DNA of 64,000 nt from Tubulanus polymorphus (lineage: Eukaryota > Animalia > Nemertea): contig NC_134028.1 of the NCBI RefSeq assembly GCF_964204645.1, positions 1,550,001 through 1,614,000 of the forward strand. The letters run 5' to 3'. Every line of letters starts with the position of its first letter. The stretch's first letter is position 1. This document shows positions 1 through 14,800 of the stretch, piece by piece. The translations under genes and the position numbers were made by a program. A model generated the notes under the pieces. That model was not told the DNA's origin, did no database searches, and saw only the letters and a program-made list of their open reading frames with translations.

Positions 1-3000
1 GAATAAAGTTAGATGTGATTTCATAGAATTCTCAGGTTTAATCATCCACCCGACGGACTTAACGTTGAAATCGATCGTATCGAGAACTATCTCTTATCAC
101 CGCGAATATGCGGAAAATAATAAATTTTCTCCGGAGTTTCTATCTAAAACGATAATCAGCTCGCGACACGATGGTTGTTGTTAAAGATATAGGAGATAGC
201 AACGAGGTGAATTTCATTTTCATCGTCGATACTCTGTTTGAACAGCAAACACTAGACTCGATTGATGTCTCGTATCCACGTTCAATCGCCCGGTTATACA
301 AAGTGCGTTCGCCGTAAAATTGCAGTTTTCTTATCGTAGAATTTCATGCTTGTTTTCACCATCAGACGATGCTATGAAGTGTTTATCGCCCTCAATCACG
401 ATGAGACATTAAAGGTGCTTCTTGGCACTTCATTAAAACATGTATACGATTCATTTGCGTATCTATATATGTACCTGTTTACAAATCGTGTATACTGAGT
501 GTGAGGAAGATTTTTTTGTGACATAAACAAATACTGGTCAATTCTTACATACTCAGTCTACATAACTACGTATATTTGGTAATATCTAAAAGGTCCATGA
601 ATATTTTTCACGTATATATTTCAAGCACATCGCTAGGACTAGAATAGAAAGAAATTTATTTTCATTAAGATGTTAAATTCTTAGAAATTATTGCAAAGAG
701 GTTTGGTATGAGGACAAATATAACGAGGTAATGGGGCTACGCCTGATCCGTAGGAAATCTTGAATTGAAATTTGGTTAAACCCTTCGATTTATGTATAGA
801 TTGCGCAGGACGATCCCTTGAATTTCCATTCACAGCTGGTGTATCGGAAGGATATAGCTGTCTGTTTATATATACCTGCAGAACTTACCGAATATGAATT
901 CGTTCTTCCCTTCATATGATTGGATTTCATATTTGGCAACGTTTATTTAAGCTATCAGCGGGATATGACCCTCGTGAGTTTCCCTCAAGTGGTCCGTTAT
1001 TTTACGCCATCAAAAGCTCGGAAAATTCTACAATACTGAATGAACCTATATACGGCGGTTGTAATTCTTTTCGCGTATGAAAATTCTTAGAGTTGTAAAG
1101 CGATATTCAGGTCTTCGACAACTTTTAAAAACCGTTCAAATAGTGTTATTTCGAAGTTAGAGTTGTATTCTATCCCGTGTACAAATACGTATTTTTAACA
1201 TTTTATTCGGTTTTGGTTTCATAAGCCGATTAAACGAATTGATTTTTAACCTACATATCTTTACTTGAAACCTTTTTATGATAACTTTGCAATTCAACTA
1301 TATTCGTTTATAGAATATGAAAAATGCGAGATGTACACCCGACACCATTACGGATATGTTCGTGTTTGTGTACAAATCCATATAAAAACTGTAATTATTT
1401 TACTTCGATTCTAAGTGTGCAAACATTTGATCATAAGATTATTTTCCATTTCTAGCTTCGACGTAGCGCGCAAATATTGGACATATAGCGCATATAAATC
1501 GTGAGTAATTAGTATGTATAACCATAGAGTCGACTGTCCGGGCTCTACTCGTTAACGGAGTTCAAGTATTCTCGAGAAGGCACACCTGCAAAAGGCCAGC
1601 TCTTCTCAGCCACTTCCATCGAACAAGTAGATCTAACCCGAAAAAATAACTACTTCAACAAACTATTCAATGATTTCTCTATCGATGTCACGTCGAAGGC
1701 TTATACTATACGTGTAACTAAATCACAAATACGTCATTAAACGTTTACAATTGACATATTTGACGCAAAGTGAAGATATTTAACATCCGAATTTCCCATA
1801 AAACTATAGTAAATTATTCATATAGAAAAGATAGTCAATCGAGTAATACAGTTACCAATCTTGCTAAAAGAAATAATACTAAAAAGAAAATGATTTGATT
1901 TTACAAGATGAAAAAGAGGAAAATAACAGAGATCTAAAAATAGTCACTAAGTTTCTGCGAGTTCTGTGGAGTTCAAAAGTTGACTAAGTTTTTTTTTTAG
2001 ATTATTTCGTCTCATTCTGAACTAAATTCTAAGTGTGCACTGAACGCAAGTCATTGAAACAACTGGTGACGACACTGTCTCATATTCTACTCATCCCAAT
2101 TAATTGACGGTTCTTAATTTCTTCTCGCATATGCAATCGAAGTGATCTCAACGCGAAATAGTTTGTCGGTATAATTAGATTTAGCTCGAACGTTTTTCAG
2201 TCAACAGCTTCCATTACCTGGCATTTAATTGACGGTAATTGCTTTTTAGAACGTGATTTTAGGCGAATTCTTCGCGCAGTCAAACTATACACCTCACAAT
2301 GTCCCTCCCGGCGCGTATTTTATATTATTACTCATATAACGTTTCATGCGGATCTCGGCTCGTTTGGACATCTTATGATATACCGTTATTCACCACCCTA
2401 GCGGTACTTCTGCCGACAGAACAAAGGCCCACTTCTTCATATTTCCCTTTTCATGAACGAACACCCAATAAAACAAGTCTTTCAAGTTGACAAATCCGAT
2501 ACAAATTCGTATTTGCTTTAGGACAAATTGCCGGATATTGCCCGATTGTCACTACTGAAAGAAACTCGTAGCGATCTGATGCGTCAATGTATGACCGTGC
2601 TTCTTTGAAGTTCTCAAATAACCTGGACGTCTTAGCGCGTATTTCGCTCGAAAGTCACGAAAAGTGTAGACAGCGACAAAGAACTTACAGATTCCCATAA
2701 AGTCGTATACACGAATAACGTCAGCAACATGTTTGACAAAATGAACGTGATAAATCATCGAGCTGAACGTAATTTTAGACGATTTACCCGAATTATCACA
2801 CATATATAGAGCCAAATAAGCCCGATTAATCATATAACGTATATTTTGCGTATAATCCGTCGAATTAGATCGTCAACTACAACTGACCAAACTACTTAAC
2901 GCGCATTCATGACCAATTCACTAAATAAAGAAGGCTTTATAAAACTCATAATGACAAACGTGGATATTTCACACAACATCTACGTGTGGGGCCTTTGTAT

Positions 3001-5641
3001 ACTGACCGCTATCCCGGTCCCCAGGTGGCTGATTGGCAATAAAACTTTGAAAACGTCGTTGACATAATCCCATCTTGAAGGTGTGATTGTGTTTATGATA
3101 ATACATTATTATCCGAAAAAAAATCCGATTTTCGATCCTCGTTTCACCTAAAAGTATGTAATCTTTTTATAACCCGAGTTTATAAATACTTTCACAAACA
3201 TGTTCTCTCCAGATATACAAAGCTCAAAGTCATTAGGAAATTCTATATTTCCATTTAACTAGAAACATTTACTTATCGTGGAAAATTATAACGATAGATT
3301 TATAGAAGTGAAGAAAAGCTGTCATGAAGATATTTATTGATAAGATTAGTTAAAGCTGAGTATTATAGATGTGGGTTTTTAAATGGCAGCTCATGTTATT
3401 AAGCAAGTTTCTGTTAACAAAGTTACATCGCACATGGATACGTGAAGAGATACGATGCATTTCTCGACACGTTTCAGATTGATATCGAACCCAATTTCTT
3501 CACCGCGTGCGGGTAATGCCTGCGGTGGCGCGACGGACCTCTTATTAAATCGGCGTGATGCTTGAAAACGAGCTCGCTAATTAAATCTTAGTGAGCCCCT
3601 TTATACGTTAACTGCGCCGGACGGCTAAAGTTGATTAGAAACGTGGAAAAAACGCCGACGAAGCATTTATCTAGTGACTCAGTTCGTGTTAACTTGTTAC
3701 AAGCCGTCGTAGTAACACCTTCACTTCCATCAGATTATATCTAGCTTGGGAATGGACGTCGTTAACTTTCGAATATCAGGAATTATAACATATCAAATAA
3801 ATATTTGAGTGATGTTTTCAGAAGAAAATCTTGTAGATTTAGAATTTAATATCGATCGTGGAGAGCTATCATTAATTTCAGTTTAAATAAAATAGTTATG
3901 TATGAATATAGGTTTATAAGCGAAAATATGAAATAATGCCAGAAAATTGCATAATAGGTTTTGCTTTGTATAGAAACTGATGTATAATAGATAGAGAAAG
4001 GGATTCGAAATCGGAATTCCACCATCACGAGAAACCAATTACTCAACTATTACCGTAATTTCCTAGCAGTCATTTGAGAAATGTTTCTACAACTGTTATT
4101 CGCCAGTTGTTTGATACGTTTCATCCCTGTATATTGGAGAAGCGGCATTATTTACGCCTGAGAATACCTTTAAACACGTTCGCAAAACTGATTTAACGCC
4201 CGAGAACCTGTGAAAAACAAATCGCTCTCGAGTTGCAGCTATAGGTTGCTCGTCATATTTTTTCTTCGTTTTTTTGTGCGATATTTAAATATTTGTTTCC
4301 GTTTTCGATTTCCTTCGAATAGAACATCTGAACAAAAGCCATGACTCAAGAAATTGAAACATGAAATAGATATTATCAGGATTTCGAAAAAAAAACAACT
4401 TTTAGCGATATCTGGGTGTAGTTCTTTAAGGAATGTTCGCACGTCACAATTAGTGACGTCATAAACGTGAATTTATCTTCTGAGATGTGCTGGTGCTATA
4501 GAAGAAATATCTGTAAAACTTTATTGCAGTTTTTTTTTGCTGTTTGTTATAGACAGTAATGAGAGGGGGAATAATTAACGTGATTTGTGTTGCTCCGCTG
4601 AAATTAAACGTATTGCTAGACAAAATCAACATGCTTCTCTATAGGCGCATTCTTACCAGGAAAATGTGTCTAACAACCATGGATGTATAAACTCTAGTTT
4701 ACACGTCCATGATCCGAGCGAAAAAAAATATGTTTTTAGACATAATTCGTCTCTGGTTTCATATTATTGATACATGGTTTATGACTAAATATGAGTAATT
4801 TACAATTCAAGCAATTCAATATATATTACTCTAAATTCCTAATATAGGAAATAATATTGTGGTCTCATGTCACGGTATATTTGGATTGTATTTTAGTCGA
4901 CTGATACATATATAGAACTAAATTCAGTGACTGTGCACAAAGATTATTGGATCGCTAATAAATCTTAAAGCTTGAGATTTGAGAATAAAAATGATTATAT
5001 GTCTCATCATAAGCCATAAACCATTGTGTATTTACGATTGCATCGGTATCAAAATTGTGCTTATATATGCTTTGTTTTTTTTATCCAAGGTAGATGAAAG
5101 GTGGAAAGGGAAAGATGGGGTTGAATTCATTTAAATACATGTTTTTGATTTTATTTTGCTGCCCCACCACATCACTGCAAATACAATACTTACTCTATGC
5201 TTAATATTGTAACTGTGGAACAAGGAAGCTTATGGTCATGTTTGCTTATAACCTTTTCTTTTTACGTATTTAAACACAAATGATTGTTTGTGTATCCTAA
5301 TGTATTGTCAATACGGATGGACGAGTTAATGTTGTTTGAGACACTGGTGGCTTGCTAGTTCACATGTTGGTACAGGCTTTGGCAATATATATATTTTCAA
5401 ATATATCATATTACGCACTTGCTCACTCGAAACTCATGGGTGCCTATCTTGGTGGTGTCGGATTTTGTACACATCATATTACTTCGTGCTGAAACTAATA
5501 CTAACTAAAATTGGGACGAAGGCATCGGAGAAAATGTCCACTATCGGTCACGATGACGAAATCGTAAGATTCGGAGATTTCCAATTCTAACACGCCTAAC
5601 ACGCTATCTAATTGGCAACTGTTTTCTTTGTATACTTTCAG

Positions 5642-5830
5642 CTTGTAACTGTAACCTGCACGCCAGACAGTGTCGCTTCAATCCGGAATTATACAAACTG
5701 TCTGGCAACAAGAGTGGTGGGGTATGTTTAAAGTGTAGACATGACACTGCCGGGCGCAATTGCCACTACTGTAAACAGGGCTTTTATAGGGACCCCACAA
5801 AGCCTCTGACAGACCGCAAGGTCTGCAAAG
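5642..5830 (+). CDS. netrin: Netrin LE-2 exon, copy A (not in the ORF track)
   Basis: tttcag|CTTGTAAC...TGCAAAG|gtagg; 189 nt; [63 protein letters not shown]; open frame, all 8 Cys kept. Confidence 0.92.
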
Positions 5831-8800
5831 GTAGGAAAACCATTTTACATTTTATTACAACTCTTTTTTATTTACAGCTTGTAACTGCAACTTGCATGCT
5901 CGAAATTGCCGGTTCAATACAGAGCTCTTCCTGCTCTCGGGGCGAAAAAGTGGCGGAGTTTGTCTTAAATGCAAGCATAATACGGCCGGTCGCCACTGTC
6001 ACTACTGTGTAGAGGGATATTACCGCGATCCTACTAAACCCATCACTCACAGAAAAGCTTGCAAAGGTAGGACGAATATTCCTTACAATACGCACCATCA
6101 ACCCAACCGCTCGCGACGATCCGTTTTTTATTCCTCTCTCCTCCGCTCTGTCCCAAGCGATCGATTTGTTTTCCCATCTTGCGGATGTGTTGCTTTTATC
6201 TCTGCATCTCTCTATATCTTATCGGTTATCAAGTATAGATAGCTATTATCGATGTTGTCCTAGGTGTTCGCCAACCTCTGTAGAGAAAGGCTCTTATAAT
6301 CTTACTTACATTTCGTCAACCGACAGAATCTTCACGTAGAGAACCCAGCAAGGTTTCGCCACGTTCACTCGACTCTACTTTACACTTTGGCTGTTTGCCG
6401 ATTACCTGGATAGGTTTTTTATCTTCGAAAATAATTGAATCATTGAGATGGACCCATTGTCGGGAGAGGCAATAATCATCATCTTTACGTAGGTTCCGGT
6501 TCAACAACAAGCGTTTTGAGTACGCCTTTCGTATTTTCCGATAACACACTCGGCGAGCGTGCATATCCCCGTATCTAATTCCTGCGCGTTCTTTGATAGA
6601 AATTGCAACGTTCATTACGTAAATGATAAGCGCAGGTGAGCGGTTCACCTCTGACCCAGACAATTATTTTAGCGTGAAAACGTGGTAGGCGGTATATGAG
6701 TTAAAAACGTGCACTGGCGCAGTTTTCTGATGACGAATTTACAGAGTTGCAAAAAAAGTCAGTTAGTGTTAATACGTTCTTCGAGTATAAGGAGAGATGG
6801 TGGCGGCTTAGAATTCACGTGATGGATGAAATGACTCTTTTCTCGCCGTTGGAAATACTTCATGTATTTTCTCAACTCATACGAATTTATTTCAAATTTA
6901 TTCACTTCTGCAGCTTTCAAATGGAAAATTATGATCTCCAATCCTGGACAAGCGTCCGATGATTAAATCTTACACAGTTAGGATTAAGTGTAGGTATAAC
7001 CATTTAGGATCTGCTGCATAGAAAGATCGTCGGAGCAACTAATGAAGCTAACCACCTAATTATATTGTCCTGTTGTCCTTGTTTCCACCGGGGTTTTGAT
7101 TGGATAGTTTTCGTCCGACAAATTAAGAGATCTCGTACGCGGTATAGACTGGTGCGTCGAGATGGCGACCTTGACATTGGCGTATGTACGAGAGCTTTGA
7201 TGAACTATCGGCTGGCCAGGTCATTATCCGACGATTTAATTATCTACATCGAAAGTGTGGTGTGTTAACTTCGTTACGTGTGAGAAGTGGCGGAAAACGT
7301 GTCTACAAGACGTAGAACTACATCAGCTCAGATGGAGAACGTTTCAGTCGACGGCTCGGAAGATAAATCATTCAAATAGGTCTAGAGCTCATCAAAAACC
7401 CGCGCGGCGCATTTATTTCAATCTCTACCTTGCGCTTAACGTGTATACTCGACGAGTTAAAAACGTGGAAACGGCACTAATGAGTTATTGGGTTCAACTT
7501 GGTATCGAAAATAAAACGGAAATATTGTCTATAAGTGAACAATGTCAAGGTTATTGGATATCAGCCCTGTGTAAACCCCCGTGGTTCAAAGATCAATCGT
7601 GGAATATCCCAAAAAAATACCAAGATCTCATCGCTTCCGATACTTGATTCGTCGATACTTTTCATATAGAATTTTGGAACTTGTTTTCATATCGCCATAA
7701 ACTTTATCGGCGGCATCTCCTCATCAAAATGAACTTATCGCCGCCTTGAATAAACCAATCAGCGAGTTATACCCGTTCGAATGAGGTTTCGATACAGTAT
7801 CTTCTTCGTTCTAGGTTCCCCGTTTAAATTTCCGATTCAGTCAATGCACCGGATTTCGCGTTCATCAGTTCAAAAGTAATGCATTTTGTGGATTTCTGTT
7901 AACGCTATCATCGGCAAGCAATTATTGAATAACGGAACCAATTTTCACGTCGAACGAAGCGATAGCTTACGGCGAGACGTTACTTCAACCATATCTTCTC
8001 GCACTTTCTCTTCTCTCTCTCCCTCTCTCTCTCTCTCTTTATACGCTTCAGCTGATGTGATCACACGATCCGATGCAGTTTTACCAAGTTTCTTGCCACC
8101 GGCAACAGATATATTCCTAAAGACCGGACTTGTGTCCAATTCCCTGCTGAAGACATTCGTTCGTCGTCATTCAATCAGAAATTCTCATCTTTCGCAAGCT
8201 TGTTCCGCGGGTTAATTGCATTTTCATTCTTATGTATAGGTTTTTTTCGTACCTTCTTGCTTCCGCGTTAGGACGCTATCCGATTGACACGAACCAATCA
8301 GCGCTCTTCTACGAAATATAAAATTCAAACCCTATCCATATGAAAGATTACCCCGAAAAAGGAATGAGTCGTAAATAAGGTTCGTTCCGAGAAATCGCGA
8401 CAATTTGCTGTCGTTTTTATGCCTACTTATATAAGGTCTGCTATAACGAGAATTTTCATATGCACGGAGGAGTTTGGTTTTCCTATACTCGGAGGGGATA
8501 CGAGATCAGACAACTTTATCACACATGAGAACACCCGTTTGATATCTTCTGGTTCACATGAAACGCGAATTTCCAATATCGAACTGCAGGGGTATTCATG
8601 TGCGGGGACAGTTTACATATAAACAGCGTTCAGGCAGACTCATATCTAGCGTAAGAGTGACTATTACTAGGCAAATAAATTTCCTGTTTCGCTGTTTCGA
8701 TGAATAACGATCGCCGCGCTATTTCCTATGTTCATCGATAAATATCTGATAAATCGTCGGCAAGCGAAGGAAACGATCTGTCTCATCTACCTATCGGCGA

Positions 8801-11800
8801 TAGGCTGTATACCTGACCAGAATGAGAGTATCCTCTAGCGAGCTTCGATATAAACATGCATCTCTCAAAAGGGTTTTGACGTATCCAAAAAGCGTATTTG
8901 TAGCGACATATCCTCTTGGAAATGAGTGCGTGTATCGACGTTTCTCTTGTAGAATTTGATTTCAAATTAGAATATATTTCTAATCTACTGGTCTTCATTT
9001 CATACAGATCAATCATTAAAGTGTCAATATCCAATTAGAACTATCACAAACTTATGATTTGATGACAGAAAATCAATCCACAAAAATAAGAATAAACTTC
9101 TTATTTTGAAATCTTTTTCAAATATTTAATCCTTAAGAATTTTGAAAACGTATTTTCATTTTCCCAAACAACAATCGTACCGTACAAACAAGAACCGAAA
9201 TGTTTGTTAATCGAAATGTTTGTTTTGATTTGAAGAGAACAAACCTGACCAGTATATCGACAATAACAACGTGTATATATAAATGCAAGTATCATTTGAG
9301 TTTACGAAATTGATCTTTTCTCGAAATTTATCTATCGGCACGTATTTGTTTTCTGAAGATCACAATAAACCGAATTCGAGATATCTCGATTCGTTGGTAA
9401 ATATCTAAATATTGCGAGCATGTTTCGTTTAGACGCAGAAAAAGGGATTCAATAACACTCGAATATTCTTTGAAAGTTTAGTGATATATGTCAAAGGCTC
9501 TTGTTCGACAGAAAACTGTTCACTTCCAGCGTGCACGTGTGCGCATTTTCACAGACGATTCTCTTGACATGGATTTTCAGATTCTTCCATTTTCTAGCAC
9601 AATGGATGATCTCCATCTGGCCCTGCACTCCATATATATACATGAAGTCCTCTGTATTTACACCGAATCACATGGACACATCAACGTCTATATTTTTCCT
9701 CATCAATTCGCATCGAAAGAAAGATGTTGTGAATTCACAATTCAAACATTGTAGTTACGTTTGAATATTGAATAAGAAACATAGGAATCTTTTAACTGAA
9801 ATTATATCAACCAGTCCTTCCTTCGCGATCAGCGATATGGAAAATATATGGGAAGATTATCTATAAATGGAATTACAAAACCTGTTGTGTTTTCTGTTTT
9901 TATTTCCTTCCACGAAAAGAAACGATCAATCTCCGTGATAAAGTGGACTCGGATATACGGAACTGTTTCCGGTGGAAAGACAAGTCGCTCGCAATCGTCA
10001 GAAATCAAATTACCAACTTGAACATCAGTTTATATTAACTTCCGACGCTTGAAGACACATTCCTGCGCAGGGGTTTAACACTAGTGATGACTCAATGCCA
10101 CTTCTGTCAGGAAAATAGTCTCGATGTGGCTAATTTTGTCACCGTCGTCTAGAATTCCTCAGGAAAAACCGATGATTCACGGATAAATTGCTTTTATCTT
10201 AATAATGAACAATTTGCAGGATTTTCGATACGGGTAATTCAACAACAAAAAGGGGAAATCATCGTATTTCTGACTTCTGAGTGGAATGGACATTTCTAGT
10301 GGCATTTCTATTAGTAACTGCGGGCACGGGGAAGAACAGCTTCGCGAAGTTTTGTTGTATCGGTGAAAGGTCACGGGGCCTACCGCAGAAAATTTACATA
10401 CCGAATAGTGATTGGTTTATACATTTCTTGCATGACTTTCTTAAAGATATTTCGCCTATTCATATGCAATTCAAGCGGGAATATACACAGTCTTCATGGG
10501 TGAGCTGTGTGTCTCAATCACAATAGTGGCCTCCTATAAAAATGACTGACTTAGATTAATCGGCTACATACAATAATAAACTCGTCGCTGACAGTAATGC
10601 AATTCAAACGCCTCGAAATCCGTGAGTCACAAAAGCATATCACTAAAAGAATGTAGTCGAATTCAGCCGATATTCTCTTTGTGCCCGCGCGGTTCTCGCT
10701 ACAAAAGCAATTTTCTACATCAACACGGATAATAGCGGTTACAAATAAAATGGCGTTTATGCCAAATTTGACCTGATCACCTGCGACCATGACGGCTCGC
10801 CCTCAGCCGGTATACGGCTTTGTGAAGAGGTAACGCGCAGTTATGTTGTTACGTCTTGTGTTCGCGTCTTGATAACGATCTACACGTAGTATATTTTCCA
10901 TTCAGTTTCAATTGCGTGGAAAATTGATCAGCAAGCTTTAATGCGTTATTATAATGCTGAAATATGTTCACTTGCGATTCGTGTACTCAGATTTTTATTA
11001 TGTGTTTTTTTTTCGGGAACTCGAAATTGCTATACGAAACAAACACTTCATTCACACTTTCAACAAAATGACCAATGGCGTCGTCTCCAATACATTAAAA
11101 AAACTAAATCTTTCAAAAACGTACACTAACACATTTAGTTTTATGAATTAGCACAATTTCTATTCATTGCTATACTTAATTCACTCGGGAAATGTAAAGT
11201 AGCCGTGTAGTACAAATTGATTGAAAAAACAATTCGGTCAAAAATGCGTCATTTTCTTCTGTGATAACACATAATTTGTGAACAAAATATTAAGATGTCA
11301 ATATCTTTAAAGGCCGTGTGTGCAAAATACAACAACAAAGAAAATTCTCACTCTTTTCGGCGTGAAAGATACCCCATACTCTTACATTACATTTAGCGTA
11401 TATTTGAATCGACACGGAAAAATTCTTTTTACGAAAATAAAATAAAATTTGAGTTTCAACTTTCTAAATCATCGGATTTTACCGTCTTATTACGAGTCTA
11501 TATAACGCGGTACAATGCATTTATCACTCCGACTTGTGTGCATTTAGATAAGAACACATCCACATTGAAGAACGACCACTTTTATGAATGCAGGTGATAA
11601 TCTTATAATATATGTTTATATCTATGGATAATATTTCAGCTTGTGACTGTCACCCGGTCGGAGCATTAGGTAAAGCGTGCAACCAAACATCTGGACAATG
11701 CCCGTGTAAAGACGGTGTTACTGGTTTGACCTGTAACCGATGCGCGAAGGGATACCAACAGAGCCTGTCACGAATTGCGCCCTGTATCAGTAAGTTCATG

Positions 11801-14800
11801 TTTTATTTGCTTATGTAGTTTTTTTTTAAAATGATTCTATCATGTCATTAATTTTTGTCCGTACGTTTGAGATTGAATTGTGTAAATGTTGTCTTTTCTG
11901 GTCAAGCAAAATATTCGTCGATAAAAAATGAATATATATATATATATATATGTGTTTATATACTTATTTGTCCATATATAGAAAATTAATCTCTCATACT
12001 TTATCTTATATAGTATATTCACGATAATTTATCTAATATGATATTTAGCTTAAACTACATATCGTGCAAATGTAAATATTTCTATTCTGCGAAAAAAAAT
12101 CTCGAAAACGATAGTAAGTCTACAAATAATGGCGAAGTATTTATGCATGTATTGTGAAGTATACGCCAACCAAAATCACGTAGGTTTTCTCCGTCATTAG
12201 AAGCCACGTATATGAAACGAACTTCCCTTATTCTGGCGATGAAATCCGCAGAGATTCGCGAGGAGTACGACGCGCAATCGGCTTCAACGCAGAGTGTGAA
12301 CCCGACCGTGTAATATCAGTGCGGTTGATCAATGACTGCAACAATCAACGGCACTGAATTGCGACGGTAACGAGCGCCTAATGAACGGTGTAAGAACTCA
12401 GTAACCAGTTATCCGATCTTCAGTCGAACGTCGACCAAATTACACACCTACTTTGTAGTTAAGTCCATCGTTCGGTGACGCGAAATTTACAGATGATCAT
12501 AATCGACCTCCGGACGTGTCTATACATCGAATTCCTCGTGCCTGTTACTAGCGACACAAAGTCGAGCATATTCATGAAAGTGAATATATAAATGTATATA
12601 TGTATTTGCTGATTATCCCTGGGGATGGGGGGCATTTTGTGAAACGGAAAAAAATAATGTGCTACGCTTAAAGTCCTAACACGAAATGATGTATATCAAT
12701 TCAAAAACCAGAGCCATCTCGGAATGATGTGGAATTCGTACGTACCACTTTAAGAACTGTGTATTGCGATACAACTCATCATCGGTTTTCTCAATTTATG
12801 CTTCGAGGAGAGCGACTTAACAAAAGCGAGTTCTTTGTCTCATAAAATATTTATATTCGCACGCCGCAAAAAGTGCCGTTCATTAAATCCGTCCGTACGA
12901 GAGTGCGATTGCCTTCGAGCACAACGGAATGGAGGATGAATTACGGTGCCGTTATCCCCTATAAATATGTAAATAACAAACAATCGACAAATGTTTCGGT
13001 AAATCTCCCTGGAGAAATTAATTTTATTTACGACTAAAGCGTCGGGATAATAAATACTGTCCAACGGACAGATTGTCACTCAGCCACCTCGTTTATCGCT
13101 CTGATTACCGGAAAACTTATATATAACTCTGGTCTGGTTGTTAATTATTCGCGCAGACGTAGTATTTTGTCTTAGCTATACGTAATCTGTAATTAGATTA
13201 CGGGGTTGATTTACACACCACGAATTCCCCCCGAGAACTGACAAAACAACTCAGTCAACGATAGGCCAATAACGCGTGATTATTTCAATTTCTAAAAATA
13301 ACAGCCATTCTATCGGCTCAAAAAAGGTCCAAAGATTATACGATAAGTATGAAATATGCCCAGTCAAGATTTCGCTATTACATAGGTTTTAGCTGGCATT
13401 TTGACAGATACATCTGTCGGTTTTATTTGAAAATACAGAATATCAAGCGTCATCCTTTTACAGAAGCTGCCGACCCTAATTCTTCCTCTGAACAGGGAAT
13501 AGTTTTCAGAGAGAGCGACCCCACAAGTTAGTATGACAGGCATGCCTTTATTTAATTCATGGCGTTTATGGCGACTTCCTATCCATCCATACGCGCACGT
13601 TTCGGATCCTTTTGACTACTAAGGTTTTTAAGGAAACCTCACGAAGCCGTTCCACGATTCACTCAAAAATGAATACACTTCATTGAATCTGCTAGTTTTA
13701 TTAGATAGTCGACTAAACAAAGCTTTAGTTACCGTCGTAAAAGAAGGAATGAATAAAAATAAGTGCCGTTTGCATGGCGTTATAGAAGCCATCGGGCTCT
13801 AACAAATTGCATGTGTCATCATTTGATGGATATAACATCGACGTGAATGGTGCATGACTGACAGAAATTGACCACCCCATATCTACCCCATCACGTTTAT
13901 ACCTTTTCTGATATGTTAAAGTAACATGAATTAACCAGAAAATATTCCGATTCTATTAAAGAGATTTATCTATGTTAATGTTTCATCATAAGTAACTTAT
14001 TTCAAACGTTGTGAAATAAAGTGAAGATTAACGGATCTTTTACATACGACTAAAGTCATTACGTTTGAAATAAGCAACAAAAATGCTTATTCATATTTTT
14101 CTCTCATTGGTATTTTTGTGTATTTTTTCGTGATAATGCGTAATTATTGGGTGTTTGATATTGATTTCTGAGAATTCCTTGTATGTCCTTTACAGAACGA
14201 CCTATCAGTGTACCGAAGGGCCCTAGCGTAACCGACAACGCATCTACGTACACAGGTATGCGCAAAAAGACAAATGAACAAAAATTTATTTTATGAAACT
14301 TTATAAACTTTTGAAAAGTTTTTTGTAACCATTATAGAAATTCTAAGAACTAGAAATAACTAAGAGTTTCTGGCTGACTCTCCAGACTGCACCTATACTA
14401 TTTGATTAAATGTTATGTAGTAGAATTACCTTAAGTAATATTACAATTTTCAGCTAAATCTTGTGGAAAATGTAAGAAAAATAGCCGTAAAGCAACGCTC
14501 AGAAAGTATTGCCGTCGAAACTATGGTAAGTCAAATCTAAAATCTATGATTGTATCAATATGTTGATTTTATCTAATTCTAATATTTTGTTAAGCAAATG
14601 AATACAGTATTTTATGTGATGTAAAAGATTGTTAGTTATGAAATCAGCGCGGTTTTTCATCGCGAAATAGTTCATTATGAAATTAGCGCGCGAATTTTTT
14701 GCTTTAAAGAGATTTCGTCCACAATATGTTCATTACCGAATTAAATCTCGAATACGTCTTCAAAAGTGACGGAACATATATTATAAAGAGCGCCGATACT

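Noticed and set aside
1-5641. ORFs and possible exons in the first 5.6 kb
   Set aside because: No recognisable motifs or netrin LN/LE-1 sequence; interpreted as a netrin intron.
6316-13531. Numerous 60-130 aa ORFs in netrin introns
   Set aside because: They often have non-ATG starts, and show no domain resemblance or consistent splice phases. The exception is 11612-11818, which contains the real LE-3 exon.
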